A stretch of 62,374 nt of DNA, filler included. It is 6 parts of 6 records of this genome, joined end to end, with 100 filler letters (N's around TTAATTAATTAA, not from the genome) between each part and the next. Parts side by side here need not be neighbours in the genome. Positions count along the whole stretch, not along the records: positions 46,720 to 57,260 come from SRR20825010_4638; positions 57,361 to 62,374 come from SRR20825010_4641; 4 more parts are not named here. One strand, written 5' to 3'. Below are positions 50,549 to 59,534 of this stretch, piece by piece. The position numbers and the translations under genes are program-made. The stretch's first letter is position 1. Every line of letters starts with the position of its first letter. The notes under the pieces are model-generated. The model worked only from the letters and a program-made list of their open reading frames with translations, searched no databases and was not told where the DNA came from.

Positions 50549-51620
50549 TCTTGTCTCCTCGAGCCGGGCCGGCCTTGGAGGCGTCCCGCTTTATATTCTG
50601 CTTGCCTGCCGCGCCACGCGTCGAGGGCTTTCTGTCGCCGTCCGTCTTCCCGGAAGCGCCGGATCTACCAGTGGCTCCGGACCTTCCGGGGGCTCCGGGC
50701 TTTCCAGGTCCGCTGACCTTGACGGCACCGCCCGGTTTTGGAGCACCTCTTGGCTTGCCGGCGCCCGAGGGCTTCGCTGTTCCGGCTTTCCCGGAATCAT
50801 CCTTCGATCCGGGACGGTGTGTGCCCTTGAACGGCGCTTTCGCCTTCGCTTTCGCCGTGCCGGTCTTCTCCTCGCGGATGCCGAGCTGTTCCTTCAGCGT
50901 GGCCTGCCGGACTTCCAGAACCTCGCCCTCCGGCAAGTCGCCAAGCTGGAACGGGCCGTAGGATACCCGGATCAGCCGGTTCACCTTGAGGCCGACATGC
51001 TCCATCAGCTTGCGAATCTCGCGGTTCTTGCCTTCGCGGATGCCGAGGGTGAGCCAGGTATTCGCCTTGCCCTCGATATCGCGCTCGACCGTGACCGCTC
51101 CGTATTTGATGCCGTCGACCGTCGGGCCGGACTTCAGCAGGGCAATCGATTTCTCGGTAATGGAGCCATAGACCCGGACCCGGTATTTCCGCAGCCAGGC
51201 CGTCGAGGGCAGTTCCAGCAGCCGGGACAGGGCGCCGTCATTGGTCAGCAGCAGCAGGCCCTCGGTATCGAAATCGAGGCGGCCAACCGTCACCACGCGC
51301 GGCAGATCCTTGGGCAGCCGGTCGAACACGGTCTCCCGGCCTTCCGGATCCTTGTTCGTTGTCACCACGCCGCGCGGCTTGTTGAACCGCCAGAGCCGGG
51401 TCGGCTCGATCACCGGCAAGGCCTTGCCATCGACACGGATCTTCGACTCCCCGGTGACGGTAACGGCAGGGCTGGTCAGGACTTCGCCGTCCAGCTCGAC
51501 CCGTCCGTCGGCAATCCACTGCTCCGCCTCGCGGCGGGAGCAGAGTCCGGCCCGGGCCAGCCGTTTGGCAATCCGTTCCGGGCCACGGTCTTCGGTGAAA
51601 ATTTCGCTGAAATCGCTCAT
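50499..51620 (-). CDS. rluB: RluB/RsuA-family pseudouridine synthase with a disordered C-tail
   Basis: S4 domain [50 protein letters not shown]. Confidence 0.88.
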   Translation of the reverse strand: MSDFSEIFTEDRGPERIAKRLARAGLCSRREAEQWIADGRVELDGEVLTSPAVTVTGESKIRVDGKALPVIEPTRLWRFNKPRGVVTTNKDPEGRETVFDRLPKDLPRVVTVGRLDFDTEGLLLLTNDGALSRLLELPSTAWLRKYRVRVYGSITEKSIALLKSGPTVDGIKYGAVTVERDIEGKANTWLTLGIREGKNREIRKLMEHVGLKVNRLIRVSYGPFQLGDLPEGEVLEVRQATLKEQLGIREEKTGTAKAKAKAPFKGTHRPGSKDDSGKAGTAKPSGAGKPRGAPKPGGAVKVSGPGKPGAPGRSGATGRSGASGKTDGDRKPSTRGAAGKQNIKRDASKAGPARGDKNADRRGQKSRNQTRRP

Positions 51621-51697
51621 GAAGCAGGTCTTACGCGCGGACGCGTCAGGATGCAAACGGCTTGGATGCAATACCGCTTCCCGCTAGGTATGGAGCT

Positions 51698-52153
51698 ATG
51701 AGTACTGAACATCAGACAATTATGGCACGGGCGCTGGCCGAAGCGGAAGCGGCTGCTGCACGGGGCGAGGTTCCGGTGGGCGCGGTGGTGACCGGCCCGG
51801 ACGGTGCGGTGCTGGCTGCCGCCGGTAACCGGGTGGAGGAGCTGCACGATCCGAGCGCGCATGCGGAGATCCTGGCGATCCGGGCAGCGGCGGTGACGCT
51901 TGGCTCGCCGCGGCTGATCGACTGCGATCTGCATGTGACGCTGGAGCCGTGCCCGATGTGCGCCCAGGCGATCAGCTTCGCCCGCATCCGCCGTCTGGTC
52001 TTCGGCGCCTACGATCCGAAAGGCGGCGGGGTCGAGCATGGTTCCCGGATCTACAGCCAGCCGACCTGTCATCATGCGCCGGAAGTGATCGGCGGGGTGG
52101 AGGAAAGCCGGGCCGGTGATCTGCTCCGCAAATTTTTCCAGGACCGCCGCTAG
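51698..52153 (+). CDS. tadA: tRNA adenosine(34) deaminase
   Basis: GEVPVGAV, HAE, VTLEPCPMC, DPKGG, FFQDRR. Confidence 0.9.
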   Translation: MSTEHQTIMARALAEAEAAAARGEVPVGAVVTGPDGAVLAAAGNRVEELHDPSAHAEILAIRAAAVTLGSPRLIDCDLHVTLEPCPMCAQAISFARIRRLVFGAYDPKGGGVEHGSRIYSQPTCHHAPEVIGGVEESRAGDLLRKFFQDRR

Positions 52154-52162
52154 GAGCCCCTC

Positions 52163-52888
52163 ATGCAGCTCAATCTTTCTCCCGATGCTTCCATCGTTAT
52201 CCTGACCGGCGCGGGCATCTCCAAGGAATCCGGCCTCGACACGTTCCGGGACGCGGACGGGATCTGGTCGAAAGTCAATCTGGAGGATGTCGCGACGCCG
52301 GAAGGCTATCTTCGCAACCCGGTGATGGTGCATGAATTCTACAACGCCCGCCGCCGTTCCCTCATGGACAGTAACGTGGTGCCGAACGCGGCCCATGCGG
52401 CGCTGGCGAAGCTGGAAAAGCGCTGGCAGGGCAATGTGCTACTGGTCACGCAGAACATCGACGATCTGCATGAACGCGCGGGCTCTTCCAGCCTGCTGCA
52501 CATGCATGGCGAAATGCTGAAGGCCCGTTGCGAGCGGACCGGTGAGATCTTTGACTGGCGGGATGAGCTGACGCTGGAAAGCCGCAACCCGGCGACGAAC
52601 GAGGCCGGAACGCTGCGTCCGCATGTCGTCTGGTTCGGCGAGATGCCGCTCTACATGGAAGAGATCTACGAAGCGCTCTCCGACGCCGACCTTTTCATCT
52701 CCATCGGCACCTCTGGCAACGTCTATCCGGCAGCAGGTTTCGTCCAGGAAGCCCGCATGCACGGCGCCCACACGATCGAGCTCAATCTGGAACCGTCGGA
52801 GGGCGCCACACTGTTCACCGAGAAACGCTACGGTCCGGCCAGCGAGATCGTGCCGGCCTATGTGGAAGAGCTGCTGGGCGGGGTTTGA
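52163..52888 (+). CDS. cobB: Sirtuin NAD-dependent deacylase (class III)
   Basis: [53 protein letters not shown]. Confidence 0.93.
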   Translation: MQLNLSPDASIVILTGAGISKESGLDTFRDADGIWSKVNLEDVATPEGYLRNPVMVHEFYNARRRSLMDSNVVPNAAHAALAKLEKRWQGNVLLVTQNIDDLHERAGSSSLLHMHGEMLKARCERTGEIFDWRDELTLESRNPATNEAGTLRPHVVWFGEMPLYMEEIYEALSDADLFISIGTSGNVYPAAGFVQEARMHGAHTIELNLEPSEGATLFTEKRYGPASEIVPAYVEELLGGV

Positions 52889-52916
52889 AGCTCGCCCGCC
52901 TCCTTCCTTCCTCCAT

Positions 52917-52999
52917 CGTCATCCCTGCGGAAGCAGGGACCCAGGGAAGACGGACGGTGTTCTTCGATCACCTGGGTTCCCGCCTGCGCGGGAATGACG
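52917..52999. repeat. REP/REPIN-like palindromic doublet (dRS3-like TTCCC...GGGAA family)
   Basis: CGTCATCCCTGCGGAAGCAGGGACCCAGG and the inverted CCTGGGTTCCCGCCTGCGCGGGAATGACG, 25-nt spacer, between convergent genes. Confidence 0.85.
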
Positions 53000-53021
53000 G
53001 ATTTTGTGGGCAGTGCTCGGT

Positions 53022-53783
53022 TTACCGTGGCTGCATCCGAATAGCGCCGTCTAACCGCACCGTTTCGCCGTTCAGCATGACATTGTCGATCATCGCCATC
53101 GCCAGTTTCGCGTATTCCTCTGGCGTGCCGAAACGGGAGGGGTAGGGTACGGTGGCGGCGAGGCTGTCCTGCACGTCCTGGGGCATGCCGAGCAGCATTG
53201 GGGTGCCGAACAGGCCTGGCGCGATGGTGTTGAAGCGGATGCCCGCCTTGGCGAATTCGCGGGCGCCGACGATAGTCAGCGCATGCACGCCGCCCTTCGA
53301 TGCGGCATAGGCGCTCTGGCCGATCTGGCCTTCGAAAGCGGCGACGGAGGCGGTGGAGATGACGATGCCGCGCTCCCCGTCATCCAGCGGGTCCGTGCCC
53401 TGCATGTCGGCGGCGGCGAGGCGCATCATGTTGAAGGTGCCGATCAGGTTCACCTCGATGACCTTGCGGAAATTGTCGAGCGGCATCGGGCCGTTCCGGC
53501 CGACGATGCGTTCGGCGGGCGCGATACCGGCGCAATTCACCAGGATACGGGCCGGGCCATGGGCGTCGCGGGCTGTGGCGATGGCTGCTTCGGCGGAAGC
53601 CGCGTCGGAAACATCGCACGGAACGGCAATGCCGCCGATTTCGGCCGCGACTTTCTGTGCGCCCTCTTCATTGACGTCGAACAGTGCGACCTTCGCGCCT
53701 GCCGCTGCCAGTACCCGCGCGGTGCCTGCGCCGAGCCCGCTGCCGCCGCCCGTGACGATCGCGGCTTGCCCCTGAACCTGCAT
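53022..53783 (-). CDS. SDR oxidoreductase, type II 3-hydroxyacyl-CoA dehydrogenase-like
   Basis: TGGGSGLG, NCAGI, TASVAAFEGQIGQSAYAASKGG, LNGETVRLDGAIRM. Confidence 0.92.
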   Translation of the reverse strand: MQVQGQAAIVTGGGSGLGAGTARVLAAAGAKVALFDVNEEGAQKVAAEIGGIAVPCDVSDAASAEAAIATARDAHGPARILVNCAGIAPAERIVGRNGPMPLDNFRKVIEVNLIGTFNMMRLAAADMQGTDPLDDGERGIVISTASVAAFEGQIGQSAYAASKGGVHALTIVGAREFAKAGIRFNTIAPGLFGTPMLLGMPQDVQDSLAATVPYPSRFGTPEEYAKLAMAMIDNVMLNGETVRLDGAIRMQPR

Positions 53784-53906
53784 GTTCCTGTTTCCTCCGG
53801 TGCTTTCGGGTCCGGCCTTTGCTGGCCGGATGCTTGAACGGTATAACGGGGCGCAGTGAAACCGAAAGCAACCCGCGCGTCCAGCGCGGCAAAGGAATCA
53901 GCCGCG

Positions 53907-54404
53907 ATGCTGCCGACCTTCCAAGACGTGCCCCGCCCCGCCCTGATCCTCGGTCTTGGCGGCCTTATTCCGTTCTATGTGATTTCCCTGCCGATCTGGC
54001 TGACGGACCCGCTCTATGGCTATGTGCTGATCGACAGCCTGATCACCTATGGCGCGGCGATCCTCTCTTTCCTTGGCGCCGTGCATTGGGGTGCCGCCAT
54101 GTGGCAGGGCGAGCTGGAAGAGGCGCGGGAAGAAGATGAAGAGGAAATGGACCGGGCGGCCTGGGCCCGTTACGGCTGGAGCGTGGTGCCGGCACTGATC
54201 GCCTGGATCGCCACATTGCTTGGGCCGTTTTTAGGGCTGGTACTGATCGCGCTCGGGGTCACGCTCGCCTATTTCATCGATGTGCGCGCCTGTCATGCCG
54301 GGTTCTTGCCGGAATGGTACGCAAAGCTGCGGAAGTGGCTGACGATCTTCGTGCTGATCGCACTCGCCAATGCAGTGGCAAGCGGCATGGCCGGGTCATT
54401 CTAG
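53907..54404 (+). CDS. DUF3429 membrane protein
   Basis: LGLGGLIPF, YGAAILSFLGAVHWG, WSVVPAL, PEWYAKLR. Confidence 0.85.
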   Translation: MLPTFQDVPRPALILGLGGLIPFYVISLPIWLTDPLYGYVLIDSLITYGAAILSFLGAVHWGAAMWQGELEEAREEDEEEMDRAAWARYGWSVVPALIAWIATLLGPFLGLVLIALGVTLAYFIDVRACHAGFLPEWYAKLRKWLTIFVLIALANAVASGMAGSF

Positions 54405-54410
54405 GCCGGA

Positions 54411-55427
54411 CTAGCGGGCATTCGTTTCGATATTGTCCGGCTTTTCGTCACCAACCAGCACAACCGGATGATGATCGGTCTTGTTGCGTATTGGCGTCTT
54501 GCCGAGCTTTGCCTCGCGGCGGGCGATGTAGAGCGTCGAGGTGACGATCAGCGCGGCACCGCCCAGCGTATGCAGTCCCGGAATATCGCCGAATAGCCAG
54601 AAACCGATGAAGCCCGCGAAGATCAGCCGGGAATAGTCGAACGGCACCACCGCCGTTGCCTCGCCGATCTTGAAGCCCTTGACCGCGCAGGCCTGCCCGG
54701 CGGAGCCGAGAGCGCCGACGGCGAGCATCATCCCCATCTCGGTCCAGGTTGGCTGCTGCCAGACCAGGATGGCCGGAATGGTCATGATCGCGGTCGAGAT
54801 GATGCCGAAGCTGAAGAGAATGGTGAGTGGGGATTCCGTCGTGCTGAGTTTCTTCACCACCACCACGACAAGCGCGACAAACAGCGTGCCGAGCAGGGCG
54901 ACACCGGCGGCAAAGCCGATCTCGGAGGAGCCGGGCCGGACCATGATGAGCACGCCGACGAAGCCGACGGCGGTTGCCGTCCAGCGCCGCCAGCGGACCT
55001 GCTCGTTCAGGAACAGCACGGCCAGCACGATCATGAAGAGCGGCTTGGCGAAGCTGATGGCTGTCGCGTCGGCCAGCGGCATGTGGGTCACGGAATAGAA
55101 GCCGCAGGACATGGCCCCGGCGCCGAGGCAACCACGCAGCAAATGGGCGAGCGGGCGCTCTGTCCTGAACACGGCCGGGCCGGCCTTGGCCATGAAAGGC
55201 AGGATGACGATCAGCCCGAAGGCGCATCGGAAAAAGGCAATCTGGAAAGTGTCCAGCCGCTCGCCGAGTAGCTTTACCTCCGCCTGCATGATGGAAAACA
55301 GCACGCAGGAGACGACAATCCAGAGCGCGCCTTGCGTGTTCGGTGACAGGGCAGAGAAGCGGGAAGACAGCGATGGGGAGGCGAGCGCCATTTGGGAATC
55401 TGCAGACGCTCGGCGCGCCATGTCCAT
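54411..55427 (-). CDS. DMT/EamA family transporter
   Basis: About 10 TM; FQIAFFR, LADATAISF..PLF, E.VRWRRW, VPFDYSRL. Exact start uncertain. Confidence 0.9.
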   Translation of the reverse strand: MDMARRASADSQMALASPSLSSRFSALSPNTQGALWIVVSCVLFSIMQAEVKLLGERLDTFQIAFFRCAFGLIVILPFMAKAGPAVFRTERPLAHLLRGCLGAGAMSCGFYSVTHMPLADATAISFAKPLFMIVLAVLFLNEQVRWRRWTATAVGFVGVLIMVRPGSSEIGFAAGVALLGTLFVALVVVVVKKLSTTESPLTILFSFGIISTAIMTIPAILVWQQPTWTEMGMMLAVGALGSAGQACAVKGFKIGEATAVVPFDYSRLIFAGFIGFWLFGDIPGLHTLGGAALIVTSTLYIARREAKLGKTPIRNKTDHHPVVLVGDEKPDNIETNAR

Positions 55428-55469
55428 TACCTTCGGAAGGCTGTCAGGATATGCCCCAGCGCATTTTCT

Positions 55470-55501
55470 ACCAGCGCTGATTGCGCATTGCTGCCTTGCC
55501 G
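55470..55501 (+). repeat. 32-bp direct repeat, copy 1
   Basis: ACCAGCGCTGATTGCGCATTGCTGCCTTGCCG; 29/32 identical to 56166-56197. Confidence 0.85.
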
Positions 55502-55561
55502 GTCATGGGCGCGGGTGGCCTTAACGGCTTCGGATGGTCTTGGCCCGGCACGATTTTTCCG

Positions 55562-56107
55562 TCAGCGTGCTCCGGTTTCGGCGGGCCATACGACAAGGAT
55601 GTTGCTGGATTTCCAGATCGGTCCGGGGTCCTGGAATTCGGCGTGCTCCACTCCTCCAAGGGATTTGTAGAAACGCCGTGCCGCTATGTTTTCTGTGACC
55701 ACGGACAGGCCGACGCCGTTGAAGCCGGCCTCTCCCATCCGTTGAAAGGCCTGTTTGAGCAGACGCCGTCCGAGGCCCCGGCCGCGCTGGCTGCCGTCGA
55801 CATAGAGATGCTTGATCTCCCCCCTGTCGCCGAAGATTTCGGATGCTGGAGGCCCATAGCTGACCAGACCGACAATCGTGCCGCCGCTGAGGGCGAGCAG
55901 CGTATTCTTCCGGTCGTCGGTCGAGGAGAGGGTCTCGATCCAGCCGGGCAGGCGGCGGTCTTCATTCAGCACGCGCACGGCTTCTTCCGGCGCCATGTCC
56001 TTGTAGGTCTCGCGCCAGATTTTTACGTGAAAGCGGGCAATCTCGACGGCTTCCCCGGCGGTGGCGGCCCTGATTTCGATGGTGTCCAGTTTCTCTGTTG
56101 CCGTCAT
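55562..56107 (-). CDS. GNAT family N-acetyltransferase
   Basis: WRETY, EIKHLYV, QRGRGLGRRLL (motif A), ENIAARRFYKSLGG; start placed at MTATEK. Confidence 0.9.
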   Translation of the reverse strand: MTATEKLDTIEIRAATAGEAVEIARFHVKIWRETYKDMAPEEAVRVLNEDRRLPGWIETLSSTDDRKNTLLALSGGTIVGLVSYGPPASEIFGDRGEIKHLYVDGSQRGRGLGRRLLKQAFQRMGEAGFNGVGLSVVTENIAARRFYKSLGGVEHAEFQDPGPIWKSSNILVVWPAETGAR

Positions 56108-56165
56108 GGCGTTGGCTCGCGAAAGATGTGTGACGCCTAAGCTAGCCCGGCTCGGTGAGGCTATC

Positions 56166-56197
56166 ACCAGCGCGGATTGCGCATTGCAGCATTGCCG
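56166..56197 (+). repeat. 32-bp direct repeat, copy 2 (contains a PhaR-like TGC/GCA box)
   Basis: ACCAGCGCGGATTGCGCATTGCAGCATTGCCG, 100 nt upstream of acetoacetyl-CoA synthetase. Confidence 0.85.
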
Positions 56198-56297
56198 CTG
56201 GCACGAGCCATCGTTATAGGATGAAGCAACAATCAAGACGCTAACCGCTAATGGCGCGATGAACAGGGACATGGGTAAACAGGGGACGCCGAGAGAC

Positions 56298-57260
<963 letters not shown>

Positions 57261-57360
57261 NNNNNNNNNNNNNNNNNNNNNNNNNNNNNNNNNNNNNNNN
57301 NNNNTTAATTAATTAANNNNNNNNNNNNNNNNNNNNNNNNNNNNNNNNNNNNNNNNNNNN
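57261..57360. other. Artificial contig linker
   Basis: N44-TTAATTAATTAA-N44. Confidence 0.99.
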
Positions 57361-57367
57361 GAACAAG

Positions 57368-57394
57368 CGGGGGTGGCGAGAATGGCCGCCCCCG
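57368..57394 (+). other. GC-rich stem-loop upstream of the first permease (typical after an ABC substrate-binding gene)
   Basis: CGGGGGTGGC-GAGAATG-GCCGCCCCCG, no U-tract. Confidence 0.45.
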
Positions 57395-57423
57395 ATCGTG
57401 TCTTCACCAAAAGGCCGCAGATC

Positions 57424-58296
57424 ATGATCAAACGCGAGTGGATAAACGCCTGGCTCCTGTTGATGCCTGCGCTGCTTTTGCTTTTCGGGTTCACGCACCT
57501 GCCGGCCGTGCAGACGGTTCTCGACAGCTTCTGGTCCACGCCGCGCGGGCAACGTCCCGCGGTCTTTCTCGGGCTCGACAATTATGAGCGAATGCTCTCC
57601 GACGCGGTGTTCATCAAGGCGATGATCAACAACGCGATCTATGCTGCCATAACGATCCCCGCTTCGATCGCACTCGCACTGTCGATGGCTCTGTTCGTGT
57701 CACGCAAGATTCTGGGGCAGGGATTGCTTCGGATGGCGTATTTCACGCCGACTGTCCTGCCGCTGATTGCGGTCGCCAACATCTGGCTGTTTTTTTATCT
57801 TCCGGGTTTCGGCCTTTTCGACCAGATACGCGGCCTTTTCGGCCTGTCGCCCGTCAACTGGGTGGGGCAGCCCTCCACCGCGCTTTACGCCATTACAGCG
57901 GTGACGGTCTGGAACCAGGCCGGGTTCTTCATGATTTTTTTCCTCGCAGCGCTGCAAACCATACCGCAAAGCCTGCGCGAGGCGGCGGCGCTTGAAGGCG
58001 CTTCAAGCTGGGTGTTCTTCTGGCGGGTTACCTGGCCGCTGATCATGCCAACCACTCTCTTTGTGTCGGTCAATGCGACGATCAATGCGTTTCGCATGGT
58101 CGACCATGTGTTCGTCATGACGCAGGGGGGGCCGAACAATGCTTCGATCCTGCTGCTCTATTATATCTACGATCAGGGCTTTCGTTTCTGGGATACGTCT
58201 TATGCCGCGACCCTCACCGTTGTCATGGTTGTGATCCTGGCGGTTGTCGGCATCGGCCAGTTTTTTCTTCTCGACCGCAGGGTGCACTACAGATGA
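57424..58296 (+). CDS. CUT1 ABC permease, UgpA-like
   Basis: GLDNY, AYFTPTVLP, EAA loop LREAAALEGASSW, TQGGPNNAS. Confidence 0.88.
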   Translation: MIKREWINAWLLLMPALLLLFGFTHLPAVQTVLDSFWSTPRGQRPAVFLGLDNYERMLSDAVFIKAMINNAIYAAITIPASIALALSMALFVSRKILGQGLLRMAYFTPTVLPLIAVANIWLFFYLPGFGLFDQIRGLFGLSPVNWVGQPSTALYAITAVTVWNQAGFFMIFFLAALQTIPQSLREAAALEGASSWVFFWRVTWPLIMPTTLFVSVNATINAFRMVDHVFVMTQGGPNNASILLLYYIYDQGFRFWDTSYAATLTVVMVVILAVVGIGQFFLLDRRVHYR

Positions 58297-59156
58297 CGAC
58301 GACCGCCATAAAACAGACGCAGGTGTCCTCCGGTTCAAGCGTGCGTGAGATCAGCTTCGACCGCATCCTGTTCGTCACTGGCGCATGGGCGCTGGCTTTG
58401 GTGTGGCTCCTTCCACTGCTTTATGCAGTGTGGACCGCCATTCATCCCTCTGCCTATGAGACGCGTTTCGATCTGTTTGCGCCGCTCACTCTGGAGAATT
58501 TCGTTGAGGCATGGAATGCAGCGCCATTCGCGCGGTATTTCGTGAACACCATCCTGCTCGTAACCATGATTCTGTCCGCGCAGCTTGTTCTCTGCACCCT
58601 GGCGGGTTTTGCCTTTGCCAGGCTCGAATTCCCGGGAAAAAACCTTCTGTTTTCGTTGGTGCTGCTTCAGCTCATGGTGATGCCGGATATCCTGATCGTC
58701 AGGAACTATGCTGCGATGAGTAGTCTCGGACTGGTCGATACGATCCTTGCAATTGGGCTACCCTACTTTGCTTCCGGCTTTGCGATCTTCCTGCTGCGCC
58801 AGACGTTCAAAACGATCCCGAAAGAGCTCGACGAAGCCGCACGCATTGAGGGTTGCACGCTGCTTGGGTTGCTGTGGAGGGTTTACGTACCGCTCGCGAA
58901 GCCCACCATGCTCGCGTTTGGCCTTGTTTCGGTCTCGCACCATTGGAACAATTTTATCTGGCCGCTGATCATCACCTCTTCCACCGAGACGCGTCCTCTC
59001 ACCGTTGGCCTCTCGATCTTCGCAACCACGGACAGCGGTATCGAGTGGTCAATCATCAATGCGGCAACCCTGATAACATCCGGACCGCTGCTGATCGGCT
59101 TCCTTCTGTTTCAGAGGCAGTTCGTCCAGAGCTTCATGCGGGCGGGGATCAAATAG
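58293..59156 (+). CDS. CUT1 ABC permease, UgpE-like
   Basis: AGFAFARLEFPGK, FLLRQTFKTIPKELDEAARIEG, WNNFIWPLI. Confidence 0.88.
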   Translation: MTTTAIKQTQVSSGSSVREISFDRILFVTGAWALALVWLLPLLYAVWTAIHPSAYETRFDLFAPLTLENFVEAWNAAPFARYFVNTILLVTMILSAQLVLCTLAGFAFARLEFPGKNLLFSLVLLQLMVMPDILIVRNYAAMSSLGLVDTILAIGLPYFASGFAIFLLRQTFKTIPKELDEAARIEGCTLLGLLWRVYVPLAKPTMLAFGLVSVSHHWNNFIWPLIITSSTETRPLTVGLSIFATTDSGIEWSIINAATLITSGPLLIGFLLFQRQFVQSFMRAGIK

Positions 59157-59534
59157 CATCGGTCAGGAAATGTGTGCAGACGGTCTGTCCTGGTGGGAAC
59201 TCGAGACGCAGGACAGCGACAGATGGGCGATGAAGCGCCTCATTGGGATGTTCAACAATCGTGACTTACCAACGAAGGGTCGCCAAAGCACGGTAGGCGG
59301 ATTGAAACAGCTCATGTTCCTTCATTTCAGTCCCGGTCGGTCTCTGCCTGGCTAGCGGGCCTTTTGAAAGGCTCAGAAACCACAGACTGACCCAAGGTTG
59401 TAATACCAGCGACACCAAAAAACTGAACTCCACTTCTCGCTCCGCTTCACAGGCAGCTCGCAGCAAAATCGCTGGAACCTGGACGACGCCACGAAATTGA
59501 CCGTTGTGATACCCGTTCCCTGAAGGAGACGTTC

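Noticed and set aside
48262..52888. RES NADase, deaminase and sirtuin close together, suggesting an NAD/nucleotide-depletion antiphage island
   Set aside because: The deaminase is a typical TadA and the sirtuin a typical short CobB, lying among rluB and rsmD housekeeping genes. No defence-type domain fusions are present.
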